Positions 31,997-41,596 of a stretch of DNA of 64,000 nt are shown here, piece after piece. The position numbers and the translations under genes were made by a program. This DNA comes from Candidatus Bathyarchaeota archaeon. Lineage in GTDB: Archaea; Thermoproteota; Bathyarchaeia; Bathyarchaeales; Bathycorpusculaceae. The notes under the pieces are model-generated. The model saw only the letters and a list, made by a program, of their open reading frames with translations. It was not told the DNA's origin and did no database searches. Position 1 is the stretch's first letter, and each line of letters starts with the position of its first letter. The DNA lies in the NCBI GenBank assembly GCA_963775895.1, contig CAVZKL010000017.1:32001-96000 (forward strand), in the 5' to 3' direction.

Positions 31997-32461
31997 TTGA
32001 GCAGATTGTACCCCTCCCGACCTATCGTCGGAATCGGCGCAATAATAATACGTGATGACAGGATTCTGCTTGAGAAGAGAAAGAATGATCCAGGAAGAGG
32101 CAAGTGGAGTGTTCCTGGCGGAATAGTGGAAGTCGGAGAAACCTTGGAACAGACCGTCATCAGAGAAGTGAAAGAAGAAACAGGCCTTATCGTCGGTAAC
32201 CCAGTCATCATCGACGCTGTAACCCATATCACCCTCGACGAAAATGGAAAGGTGAAATTTCATTTCGTCATAATCGATTATCTGGTAACACTCAAAGGCG
32301 GAAAAGCTGAAGCTTCAAGCGATGCTGCGGCACTGGAATGGGTTCCGCTTGATGCAGTTGAAACCAAGGACCTGACGGAAACTTTCCGTGAATTCTTTGT
32401 CAAGAATCATGAAAAACTGAAAAAACTCTCTTCAGGTTCTTCAAACTCGTTGCAAATCTGA
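31997..32461 (+). CDS. NUDIX hydrolase
   Basis: Nudix box GGIVEVGETLEQTVIREVKEETG. Confidence 0.92.
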   Translation: MSRLYPSRPIVGIGAIIIRDDRILLEKRKNDPGRGKWSVPGGIVEVGETLEQTVIREVKEETGLIVGNPVIIDAVTHITLDENGKVKFHFVIIDYLVTLKGGKAEASSDAAALEWVPLDAVETKDLTETFREFFVKNHEKLKKLSSGSSNSLQI

Positions 32462-32471
32462 GATGCGCCAG

Positions 32472-33932
32472 TCAGTCTGTATCTGTGAAGAAAAGTCTGG
32501 TCTCTCCCATCGTTTTGATGTCCAATGCTTTTACCTTGGCAACTATTGGAAAGTCTCCTACAACTTTTCCAAGCGTGAGGCAGTGATGCGGTGGAAGGTC
32601 TCGCGCTATCGACCTTACGGTTTCTGCGTCCACGCGTGCAGCTCTTGAAACGACGTCCAAGTCATGCTCGTTAGTGAAGTTGAAGAGGAAAATGTTGTCT
32701 GCCTGACGGTAGATGTTCTCCTTGATAGTGTCAGGCTGGTTCGTTATGAACGTCGTGAAGATTCCGAAGTGACGCATGCGAGTCACGATGTCGTCCCAGT
32801 AGGTCTCTCGCAGATAGAGATGTGCTTCTTCGGCGAAGAGGAATGCAGCCTTGAGCTTGCCAGCCGTTAATGTGTCCAGCAGTTTTCCGAGCATGTACTC
32901 GACCACTATTTGTCGGTCGATCGTTGACGTGTTCTTGAGGTTGATGATTATGGCCCCTCCTTCCTGCTTCGCTCTCAACAGGACCTCCTCAAGGAGAGTT
33001 GCCTCCGCGATATTGTCTGTGAAGAAGCCACAGTTGACGAGGGCGTGGTAGCGGGAAAAAAGCGCGTCTCGAACGTGTTGGTTGCAGTTCCAGTTGGGTA
33101 TTGTCTCTCCCAACTCGTTCAAGGTGAGCTTGTCTTTTTCTCGAAGTTCTTTCCATATTCGCCTGAATTCGCGTGTTGATGTGCCCGGAAGATGAAGTGC
33201 ATGAACGAGTATGCCTAACAATATATGCAGACTCAATTGTTTCAAGGCTACTTTGAAGTTCTGTGATGGCGTAAGAACGTGTATCTTATCGTAGTTGATG
33301 TTCCTCTTACCGTCAGAAGTCATTCCTAGGCTGAGGTATTCACCGTTAAGATCGAAGACCACGATCGTTGCCTTGTACCCCACGAGATTGGACATTAGAA
33401 GCTTTGAAAGGTGACTCTTGCCTGTCTCTTTTTTTCCAGTGATTATGTTCAGCCTTCCGTCTATAGCTGAGGCGTCAATCGTTAGAAGTGAGGAGTCTTT
33501 TGTGGTGCCAATGGTTATCGGGAGTTTCCCATGGATTTTTGCGAGATTGAGTAACGTTGGAACTGGCAGTTTCTTTATCGTTGATTGCGAGCGGCTGGGC
33601 AACCAGGAACTGCTCGGAGTGAGAGTGTCGTTTTCTACCGTGGCCCGTATTTTGCAGATCAGGAGGCTGGCATCCTGAATGTAAGTGATGTGCGGAGTGA
33701 TTTCTAATGGATCGATGTCCTCGCCTTGAATCAGTTCTCCGCCATCTGGAAGACTTCGAAGCAGCTCCTCTAAGACTCCGGGAATAGTGGCAAACTGAAC
33801 GTCGATCACCTGAACTACCAAACCTCTTCCTGCTTCTGCATCTTCAACGAGCAGGTAGTCTCCTTTCTCGACCGTCTCGTTTGGGAAGCTCAGTATTTGG
33901 ACTATGTTTCCTTCCTTCCGGTACAGTTTCAT
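32472..33932 (-). CDS. herA: HerA-like ATPase (HAS barrel + DUF87)
   Basis: GKKETGKS, FDLNGEY, FAEEAH, RMRHFG and NQP motifs. Confidence 0.8.
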   Translation of the reverse strand: MKLYRKEGNIVQILSFPNETVEKGDYLLVEDAEAGRGLVVQVIDVQFATIPGVLEELLRSLPDGGELIQGEDIDPLEITPHITYIQDASLLICKIRATVENDTLTPSSSWLPSRSQSTIKKLPVPTLLNLAKIHGKLPITIGTTKDSSLLTIDASAIDGRLNIITGKKETGKSHLSKLLMSNLVGYKATIVVFDLNGEYLSLGMTSDGKRNINYDKIHVLTPSQNFKVALKQLSLHILLGILVHALHLPGTSTREFRRIWKELREKDKLTLNELGETIPNWNCNQHVRDALFSRYHALVNCGFFTDNIAEATLLEEVLLRAKQEGGAIIINLKNTSTIDRQIVVEYMLGKLLDTLTAGKLKAAFLFAEEAHLYLRETYWDDIVTRMRHFGIFTTFITNQPDTIKENIYRQADNIFLFNFTNEHDLDVVSRAARVDAETVRSIARDLPPHHCLTLGKVVGDFPIVAKVKALDIKTMGETRLFFTDTD

Positions 33933-35011
33933 GAATAGCTCTCTCCTTTGCCGAAGGGTCCGAACAAAAGTTTATGCATGTCTGGTCTGTTGACGATTTG
34001 AAGCCCACACTTGCGCGTAATGAAGTGCCGCATAGCGAGAACTTCGTTGGCTGTGAACGTGCAGAAGATATGTGCGAGACGGAGCGTTTCGGGATAACTC
34101 TGTGATACGAGATCGTTTCCCAGAAGCCTCTGTACTGCTTCGATCCTCGAGTCAGATGGAACTTCTTGGTCGATGTCCAATCGGAAAGCACAGCTTCCTT
34201 TGCTTAGCTTGGCAACGTACACCGCTCCGAGAGTGACCATCGGAGGGTTCAACCTCAACCCCACTGTTTCGAGCAAGTAGGGAGGGCGTTGGTCGAGCTT
34301 GAGTTCTGTTATGAGACATCCGTTGACTCTCAGGCTGGTCATTTTTGAGAAAGCCAGTATCGTGTTGCCTCTGTTTCTTCCATCCCTCAAAGTTTCTCTC
34401 AATCGTTGAGTCGGTGTGTCAGGCGTTCCTGAGGTGAGTGAACCGTCGAAAAGAATCAGTCCGTTTTCAAGGGTTCTTGTGAGCATTGATTGTTGCCATC
34501 TTTCGAGAAGAGTCGCAATTCGGGTGGGCATCTGCAGCAGACTAGGTGAACTCTGGCGACTTTGCATGTGCATCGACGGAAAATACGAATTTTCGAGTGC
34601 GTTAAAGACTTCGTTTTTGTTGTCGTCCGTTACGTGAAAGATGAATGGGCCCAGTCTCGTGTAACGGTAGTTTTCTCTCTGTTTCCATACGTTTGCGCCT
34701 CTGATAGCAAGGACTATTCCCGCACTTGTTTCTGCTATTTTCATCGTCGATGTGTCTACTGCGGCAACTATCGTTTCTTCGTGAAGAGGTCTCAGCGATA
34801 TTGGTTCCAGCCTTATTCTCAGCGTTTGCATACGTTCTTCGGGATTCACTTGTTGAAACACTTGTTCGTTCAATTGAAGGGATCGAACATGGTTTTGCAT
34901 CAATGAATGCAGGCTGAGTTCCGTAAACTGCTTTGGAAGCAGCGTGTCCATGGTGGATTGTGGAAAATTATATTTTGGTGTTGTTGCAATAGGGTATTGT
35001 GCAATCACCAA
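33929..35011 (-). CDS. nurA: NurA-domain nuclease
   Basis: AAVDTS, LFDGSL, AFSK and YPETLRLAH motifs; translationally coupled to herA. Confidence 0.8.
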   Translation of the reverse strand: MVIAQYPIATTPKYNFPQSTMDTLLPKQFTELSLHSLMQNHVRSLQLNEQVFQQVNPEERMQTLRIRLEPISLRPLHEETIVAAVDTSTMKIAETSAGIVLAIRGANVWKQRENYRYTRLGPFIFHVTDDNKNEVFNALENSYFPSMHMQSRQSSPSLLQMPTRIATLLERWQQSMLTRTLENGLILFDGSLTSGTPDTPTQRLRETLRDGRNRGNTILAFSKMTSLRVNGCLITELKLDQRPPYLLETVGLRLNPPMVTLGAVYVAKLSKGSCAFRLDIDQEVPSDSRIEAVQRLLGNDLVSQSYPETLRLAHIFCTFTANEVLAMRHFITRKCGLQIVNRPDMHKLLFGPFGKGESYS

Positions 35012-35101
35012 GATTCACCAATAGTCAATTGTTTAAGGAGGACGTATTTAAGTGTTGTGCATGTACAAGATGCACAATACAATAAACAATGAGGTAAGCC
35101 C

Positions 35102-35503
35102 TTGACGGAGAAAATATCAAGACCGCCGATCCGCGTAAGAATGAAAATCGGCGATATCGAGTTCGAAATAGAATGCCAAGAAGACCAACTTCAAGCCACT
35201 GTAGACAAGATACTGTCGACGGTAACTGAAAAGCTCAAAGAAACACCACTCATGTTCGAAAGGGCGCCTCAACCAGCAAGAGCGGAGACGTGCAAGGGCG
35301 TAATACAAAAGCTATGGGAAGAAGGCTGGTTTGCAGTCGCTAAAGGTCTCAGCGAAGTGCACGACGAGCTCGCAAGACGAGGTTTCCACTATGACCGCAC
35401 GGCAGTCGCACACGCGTTGATCGACCTAGTCAAGGATGGGGTTCTTACAAGAGAAGGCAAACCTCGACGCTACCAGTATGCACAGAAAAGGCCTCCGAGC
35501 TGA
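35102..35503 (+). CDS. Uncharacterised beta-beta-alpha + winged-helix protein (paralogue 1)
   Basis: RVRMKIGDIEFEIE N-terminus; LSEVHDEL..VAHALIDLVKDGVLTREG..YQY wHTH. Confidence 0.75.
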   Translation: MTEKISRPPIRVRMKIGDIEFEIECQEDQLQATVDKILSTVTEKLKETPLMFERAPQPARAETCKGVIQKLWEEGWFAVAKGLSEVHDELARRGFHYDRTAVAHALIDLVKDGVLTREGKPRRYQYAQKRPPS

Positions 35504-35534
35504 GACAATCTCTCCTTCTGAGAACTAGCCGGGT

Positions 35535-36047
35535 TCAGATTCTTGCTTTGGTCCTGATTCTTGGCAGAATCTCTCTCTGCATTTGAACTAGCCCAAAAGT
35601 CGTGATTTTGTACTTCTCGTCAGCGGTCCTCATTGCCATTTCACTCTTGATCAGCTCTCCCAGACGTGTGCTCGTAATCTTTGCATCCTTGCCAAGTTTT
35701 GCTTGCAGTTCTTCCTTGGAAAGTCCAATCGCCTCTGTCCTTCCAAGCTTGTGTCCTACATAACTAGCAAGCAACAGCAGTGCTAACGTCTCATTATCCG
35801 TCAATTTGCTTCTTGGCACGAGCACGTAAGGTCCTTCTTCGGTAAGAGCGATTAACCCGTTGCAGTCTCGAACTAGGTTCTGCAGGTCAACTTCAAGAGC
35901 CAGCTTCTCAGCAATCGCGAATGATGGAAGGAGGTCCTCGAAGAATTTGTTCAAAAGCAGCCAAACCTGTTCCGGAGAGCCTGCGATTGTTTTTTCAAGG
36001 TCTCTGTATCTGATTTGGACGGTCATAGGATCCTGTTCTGGGCTCAA
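35535..36047 (-). CDS. Uncharacterised beta-beta-alpha + winged-helix protein (paralogue 2)
   Basis: VQIRYRDLEKTIAGSPEQV N-terminus; LSKEEL..RLGELIK..YKITTFG wHTH. Confidence 0.75.
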   Translation of the reverse strand: MSPEQDPMTVQIRYRDLEKTIAGSPEQVWLLLNKFFEDLLPSFAIAEKLALEVDLQNLVRDCNGLIALTEEGPYVLVPRSKLTDNETLALLLLASYVGHKLGRTEAIGLSKEELQAKLGKDAKITSTRLGELIKSEMAMRTADEKYKITTFGLVQMQREILPRIRTKARI

Positions 36048-36514
36048 CCCATTTTACCTCGGAGCTTGGTCAGAACTTCCTCTTCGATCCATTGCTCCCC
36101 TTGTATCGTGAGTTTGAACTCGGGCTTGTTTGGGTCAGGCTTGAACACTTGGCCCCTTTTTGTCATCTCGTTCAATCGTGCCGGAACCATGCATTTTATT
36201 CCGCTTGATTCCAACAATTTCTGGATCTGCGCCGCGGTACCCTTTTTGTCTTCCGACGCGTAAAGGGTGAGTCCTATGGCCTCATAATGTGTGAGGCTTT
36301 CATGGGCAACTATTACGGGTCCTTCAGTCGTTTGTTCAACTATCCCTTTCAGTTGAACTCCCGAGGGAGTTAAACGACTTGAAACAAGTTCTGAGATCTT
36401 CTCCACAAAGCCCTCTGGAAAGTCTTCGAGTGTCTTAAGAACCTCTGCCGGACTTTCGGCTTCGACCAGTATTTCGCCGAACGGTGTCTTGATGCGCACT
36501 TCGACTCTGTTCAT
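36044..36514 (-). CDS. Uncharacterised beta-beta-alpha + winged-helix protein (paralogue 3)
   Basis: VRIKTPFGEILVEAESPAEV N-terminus; ARLNEMTKRG..FKLTIQG wHTH. Confidence 0.75.
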   Translation of the reverse strand: MNRVEVRIKTPFGEILVEAESPAEVLKTLEDFPEGFVEKISELVSSRLTPSGVQLKGIVEQTTEGPVIVAHESLTHYEAIGLTLYASEDKKGTAAQIQKLLESSGIKCMVPARLNEMTKRGQVFKPDPNKPEFKLTIQGEQWIEEEVLTKLRGKMG

Positions 36515-37086
36515 TCTGCTTCGGCTTCTCCTTTCTGTTTGATCGTTTCCTTCTCAGCGAGGATGTAAACGTATCCCGAGTTGGTCTGCCAGCGTACTAT
36601 CTTCTCTTTCTTTGCCAGATCCAGCAAGATTGCGCCCAATGCGCGCAAAGGCGTTTCCATTCGGTTCGTCTTTAGTGCTTCACTCAGCTCATCGATGGTT
36701 CGAGGACGCCATTTACCCCAGTCGGTGGCAAGAAGGTTGAGCACTGCTTCGTCTCGTTTTTCCGTTCGAGATATCTGAGGGTATTCTTGCGTTGGGGGCT
36801 TCTGCGGGCCAGCTGGTTCAGTTTTGACCGTCAGCGTGGTCACCTTCTTTGGTCTTATCTTTTCAAACGCTTTGTCAATGTTCGGAATTATCTCCGGAAG
36901 TCCCTTAATCGTTTTCATGACTTCTTCGTGGTTTCCGCTTATTTCTATCTCATATTCGCCCATTTTCAAACGGAAGGCAAAACTCTGATGAACACTACTT
37001 GACTGTCTACTTGGCAACTCCCATTCCCACGATATAGAAAAGTGGTCACTGCTTTTAGGATTTGCGTATCCGTTTTCGCTTGCCAC
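36511..37086 (-). CDS. Uncharacterised beta-beta-alpha + winged-helix protein (paralogue 4)
   Basis: FRLKMGEYEIEISGNHEEV; RTIDELSEAL..LLDLAKKEKIVR..GYVY wHTH; start uncertain. Confidence 0.7.
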   Translation of the reverse strand: MASENGYANPKSSDHFSISWEWELPSRQSSSVHQSFAFRLKMGEYEIEISGNHEEVMKTIKGLPEIIPNIDKAFEKIRPKKVTTLTVKTEPAGPQKPPTQEYPQISRTEKRDEAVLNLLATDWGKWRPRTIDELSEALKTNRMETPLRALGAILLDLAKKEKIVRWQTNSGYVYILAEKETIKQKGEAEAE

Positions 37087-37159
37087 TCTTAACGATTTGA
37101 GTGTGTCTCGGAGTCCTGTTTTTCGCGTTTCTTAGTTCAGAAGAAGCTGTCTTGTTTCT

Positions 37160-37519
37160 CTATGTCACGCTAAACGCTGTGGCCAGTTTCATTAGGGCAT
37201 CAATCGATCCGTCAATTTTGATGTTTCCCTTGAGAAAGGCTGCCACAGGGGAAATTGAACCGTTCAATAGTCCCGCGAGGGTGTCTGTGGACATGTTGAG
37301 AGTCGCGACCGCTTCTTTCGTTTGCAATTGATTCGGGCTTCCCTTTTCAACTGCTTCGATTGTACCGTTCATGGCAAGTTTGGCCCAGTAAGCGACCTGG
37401 ATGTCTGTGAAAACGAGCTTGATGGCTTTGCCCCAACCTTTCGTTTTTTCAGCGTTTTGATCGATTCTCTTGGTGATGTCTTTTATCAGTTCGTCAGCCA
37501 ACTTGTTTTTTTCTGCCAT
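37160..37519 (-). CDS. SCP2 sterol/lipid-carrier domain protein
   Basis: TLAGLLNGSISPVAAFLKGNIKIDGSIDALMKL matches the SCP2 C-terminal signature. Confidence 0.85.
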   Translation of the reverse strand: MAEKNKLADELIKDITKRIDQNAEKTKGWGKAIKLVFTDIQVAYWAKLAMNGTIEAVEKGSPNQLQTKEAVATLNMSTDTLAGLLNGSISPVAAFLKGNIKIDGSIDALMKLATAFSVT

Positions 37520-37694
37520 GTGTCTTCAGCTCTGGTTTGCAGGTCTTTTTGACAGATAACGTGATATTTAATCTTTTCAACGACTAGCGGGGGTATGTCG
37601 GTTTTCGATATATGTTTTGTAAGGGAACATTGTATTAAATATTAAGATACCATACTATCTTTCGCATCGACTTCTACTAGGACAGTGAGAATGC

Positions 37695-38330
37695 TTGGCA
37701 AAGAAGGGGCTCGCAGTCTGGGTTTTCAGTTCTTTAACGTTTTTGTCCGTGGCTCATCTTGTAGAATCTATCTACGTTGTGATCTCTGGGAGTCCAATCA
37801 GACTTCTTGCAATGTACCCATTCATCGGTGACAAGCTGAATACGATATCCCCCATCGCGTATCTCTGGTTGTCCATCCTTGTTAGCCTAGTATGCTGGGG
37901 AATAACCTGTGCCATCGCCTTTCAAAATCCAATGGAACAATTCCTTAACAAAGTGCTCTCAGACGCCAAGAGACAGAGCACCGTGGAATCACAGCTCGTG
38001 GACAGTAAGGCCGAGATATTGGACGCGATGTATGAAACCCTGGAGTCAGGCAGCCAAGCTATCTCCACGGTCAAGGACATGATGTTCAACGTGAGGTCCG
38101 AAGTGAAGCAGCTTCAACCGTTGGCATCAACCGTTGACCTGATACGGCACGAACTGAACGGGTTAGTCGAGGAAGTGGAGAAGCTTGAGGGCAAAATGAA
38201 ATTCACGTACGTGTGTCGCTCGTGCGGGAAGCCCCTGCTTCCTGAATTCAAAATCTGCCCGTACTGCGGTGAAGACTCTCAACTCCTGAGAGCTCCGGCT
38301 CCGCTGGTTTCAGTGGACGAGCGCAAATAG
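37695..38330 (+). CDS. Membrane protein with coiled coil and C-terminal double zinc ribbon
   Basis: Two TM segments, a heptad-rich middle and CRSCG..CPYCG. Confidence 0.75.
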   Translation: MAKKGLAVWVFSSLTFLSVAHLVESIYVVISGSPIRLLAMYPFIGDKLNTISPIAYLWLSILVSLVCWGITCAIAFQNPMEQFLNKVLSDAKRQSTVESQLVDSKAEILDAMYETLESGSQAISTVKDMMFNVRSEVKQLQPLASTVDLIRHELNGLVEEVEKLEGKMKFTYVCRSCGKPLLPEFKICPYCGEDSQLLRAPAPLVSVDERK

Positions 38331-38339
38331 AGCCGTTTT

Positions 38340-40253
38340 CTATTTCGTAACTTCCTTCATTTTTTCCTTCAACACTCTGCTGACGACTGCAGCGTCGGCT
38401 CTGCCTCTCAAACTGTTCATCGCTATGCCCATTAGTGCGCCAAAGCTTCCTTCACCACGTTTCTTGATCAGATCCTTGTTGTCTTCGACGATTCTCTCAA
38501 TTGATTTTTCAAGCGCGTCACGTGAAATGGACTGCAATCCAAGTGCATTGAGAGCTTCTTGAATCGTCCTATCTTCATTCTTTGAGAGCCATTCTACGAC
38601 GTTTGAGAGCGCTTCTTTTGCAAGTTTTCCCTCATCAACAGACTTGAAAATATCACGCAGTTGGTCGTCCGTGATTGTTTCCACGGGCACAGCATCTCGT
38701 TTGAGAGCTTTCAAGGTTTCAGTCAAGAAGGCGGCCACTGTCGTCGGTGAAACGTTACTTCCTTTCACAATAGTTTCAAACAGTTCGCTGTACTCGGAAT
38801 TCAGAACTTGTTTTGCCAGTTTGTCGTTGAGTTTGTACTCCTTCTGTAGTCTCTCCAATCTCCGTTCTGGCAGTTCAGGCAGGTTCGCGTAAACTCTGTC
38901 CAGTTCTTCCTTGGTGATTTCAACTGGAGGAATATCCGTTTCAGGGTACATTCTTGCGGCTCCTGGCCTCGGTCTCATGTACCGCGTGGTTCCGTCAGGA
39001 TTTGGCGCTCTCGTCTCCTGCGGAACCCCTTTCAAGGCTTCGCGTGCTCTTTCGAGCACAGCTTTCAAAGCATCTTCGGTTTTTTCCTTCGCGTCAGCAA
39101 CGAAGACGACAGCATCTTCTGCTCCAGCTCCGACCTGCCTCCTCACATTTTCAATTTCCTGCTCCGTTATGCCATAGGCTGGAAGTTCGTCTGTGTGGAA
39201 CAAACCGCCGACTCTGCCCCAGAACCTAGCTCTGTCAGCCATCTCGGTCCCAAGACGTAGTTGCGGCGCGAGTTCTGTTTTTAGCATAGCTTTGAATCCT
39301 GGCAACTTGACGGCCACAACTTGTTGGTTCTTCTCAAGTGCCTTTTGAATGACTTTGCACGTGGTGCCTATGAACACGTTTGTGACGTTGAAGAACTTGT
39401 CTTCAATCTGTTCTTCTTTGATGTCTCTCTTCTCGAGCTCGTCTCGGATTTTGATGAGGTTCAGCTGGCGTTGTACTTCGTACTCTACGACGAGTGAGAC
39501 GAGTTCCAGTTCTTGCAGTCCTTTTATTTCGATCAGGGCTCCGTTCGGAATTGAAATGTTGATGTCCTGTCTGATTGAGCCGAGACCACGGATGACTTTG
39601 CCCGTTCCTCTGAGTATTCTTCCTATTGCTAGAGCAACTTCCTCGGCTTCTTCAGGCGATTTTATCACTGGTCCCGTTGCCACTTCTATGAGCGGTATCC
39701 CGAGGCGGTCTATGCGGTATTTTATCGTGTTTCCTTCTATTTCGCCAATTTTTCTGGCAGCGTCCTCTTCCAGGCTCGCATGTTGAATGGGAATGATCTT
39801 GTCGGCTACTTTGATTTCTCCGTTCAGAGCAATGGCGCATGTTCTTTGAAAACCGGTAGTGTTCGAGCCATCTATGACGGTCTTTCGCATTACGTGTATT
39901 TCGCTCACGGGCTTAGCATTAATCATCAGCGCGACGGTCAGAACCGTTTCGACTGCCTCCATGTTCAAGGCGTGAGGCGGCTCTTCGTCCATCTCTACGA
40001 GGCAAGCCGTTTCACGGTTTGCTTCGTAAAGGATTTTGACTCCCTTCTGAAACTCGAAGAAGGCCGCTGGATCAACTTGCCCAAGTTCACTTTGGGTCGG
40101 TCTCAATCTGCGCAGGAAAGTTACTTCTGGTTCTTCTTTAAAAAGTGCGGGTTTGCAGTTGCAGAACAGTTTCGTGGCGGTGTTCAATTGCTGATGAATC
40201 TCAAGCCCAACTTTCAGACCGATTTTCTCATAGTCAAATTCCAATGCGGTCAC
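38340..40253 (-). CDS. gatE: Glu-tRNA(Gln) amidotransferase subunit E
   Basis: GLKVGLEIHQQL, DGSNTTGFQRT, DRLGIPLIE and RPRPGAARMYPETD motifs. Confidence 0.96.
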   Translation of the reverse strand: MTALEFDYEKIGLKVGLEIHQQLNTATKLFCNCKPALFKEEPEVTFLRRLRPTQSELGQVDPAAFFEFQKGVKILYEANRETACLVEMDEEPPHALNMEAVETVLTVALMINAKPVSEIHVMRKTVIDGSNTTGFQRTCAIALNGEIKVADKIIPIQHASLEEDAARKIGEIEGNTIKYRIDRLGIPLIEVATGPVIKSPEEAEEVALAIGRILRGTGKVIRGLGSIRQDINISIPNGALIEIKGLQELELVSLVVEYEVQRQLNLIKIRDELEKRDIKEEQIEDKFFNVTNVFIGTTCKVIQKALEKNQQVVAVKLPGFKAMLKTELAPQLRLGTEMADRARFWGRVGGLFHTDELPAYGITEQEIENVRRQVGAGAEDAVVFVADAKEKTEDALKAVLERAREALKGVPQETRAPNPDGTTRYMRPRPGAARMYPETDIPPVEITKEELDRVYANLPELPERRLERLQKEYKLNDKLAKQVLNSEYSELFETIVKGSNVSPTTVAAFLTETLKALKRDAVPVETITDDQLRDIFKSVDEGKLAKEALSNVVEWLSKNEDRTIQEALNALGLQSISRDALEKSIERIVEDNKDLIKKRGEGSFGALMGIAMNSLRGRADAAVVSRVLKEKMKEVTK

Positions 40254-41596
40254 CTTGCTCTCGTCTATAGCTCATTTTTTCCGGGATGCTTCGAGGTGAG
40301 AATTCGTTAGCTACGTTCGTGGTCAACAGTCGTTTTGCTTCCTCGCTGTCTTTGGTTTGTGCAAGAACCCACATCAGTTTGACAAGTGCTGTTTCTGGAA
40401 GGACGTCCTCTAGAGGGATGATTCCCAGGGCTTGCAAGTCACGTCCGGAATAGTAGACGTTCATGTTTATTCGTCCCCAAATGCACTGAGACGTCATTGC
40501 GACAACGAGCCCTTGTTGAATCGCTTTTTTCAGGGCTTGATGGCAGTATTTGCTTATGTGTCCTAGTCCGGTCCCTTCGAGAATTATGCCTCTGTAGTTC
40601 TTTTCTGTGTAGAAATCTATGACAGATGGGTCCATTCCTGGGAAGAACTTGATTAAAGCGACTTTCTGTTCGAATTTCGGCTTCAGAGCTAGTTTTCTCG
40701 ACGAATCCCGTTTCTGGTAATCATTTGTAAGCATTGATATGCTTCTGTTTTCTATTCTGGCAATTGGCATCGTGTTTACCGATTTGAATGCGTCTCTTCT
40801 GCTTGTGTGGAGTTTTCTCACTTTGGTTCCTCTGTGGATGGCAATGTGATCGTCTGACGTTGTTTCATGCATTGCAACGACGACTTCAGCGAATGGTCCA
40901 TTTGAGGCGGCTAAAACAGCGCCCAAGAGGTTAGTGGCTGCATCTGAGCTCGGTCGGTCTGCCGATCTTTGCGAACCCACGATCACAACTGGTACTGGAA
41001 GGTCTTGCAGTGCAAAGCTGAGAGCTGCAGCCGTGTATCCCATTGTGTCTGTTCCGTGAGCGATGACAACCCCATCGACGCCTTCGGAGATTTGTTTCGC
41101 GACCGCTTGGGCAATCTCGGTCCAATTGTCCTGCGTGATGTTTTCACTGAACAGGCTCAGGAGTATGTGAGTCTCTATGTCCGCGACATCTGCGAGTTCA
41201 GGAACGACGCTGTACAGGTCGCTTGCAGTCAGTGCGGGGCGAACGGCACCTGTTCGGTAGTCGACGCGACTGGCTATCGTCCCTCCTGTGCTGAGTATGG
41301 TCACCTTGGGGAGTCCAGGTTTTTTTTCTAGGAATTGGAGGGGGCGCAAAGGTCGGTTTTGCGCCTTCTCCAATTTTCTCGATTATCGTGTCTGGCGTGA
41401 CCGATATGCCTATGTTGTAGCCGTTTTTGAGTTTGACCACAACGTGAGTCTTGTCGCCGTATTCGGAACGAGGAATCAATATTCCCTCGAAAGTTTCGCC
41501 CTTTTTGGTCACGCGGATCAGGTCGCCAATTTCTGCCTTAGCTTTCTTAATCGCCTCAAGCGCTTCGCCTCGATACCCCGTTTCCTTGTCACTCAT
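40234..41596 (-). CDS. gatD: Glu-tRNA(Gln) amidotransferase subunit D (frameshift near 41340)
   Basis: KLKNGYNIG N-terminal domain; STGGTIASRVDYRTG, HGTDT and SQRSADRPSSD motifs. Confidence 0.93.
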
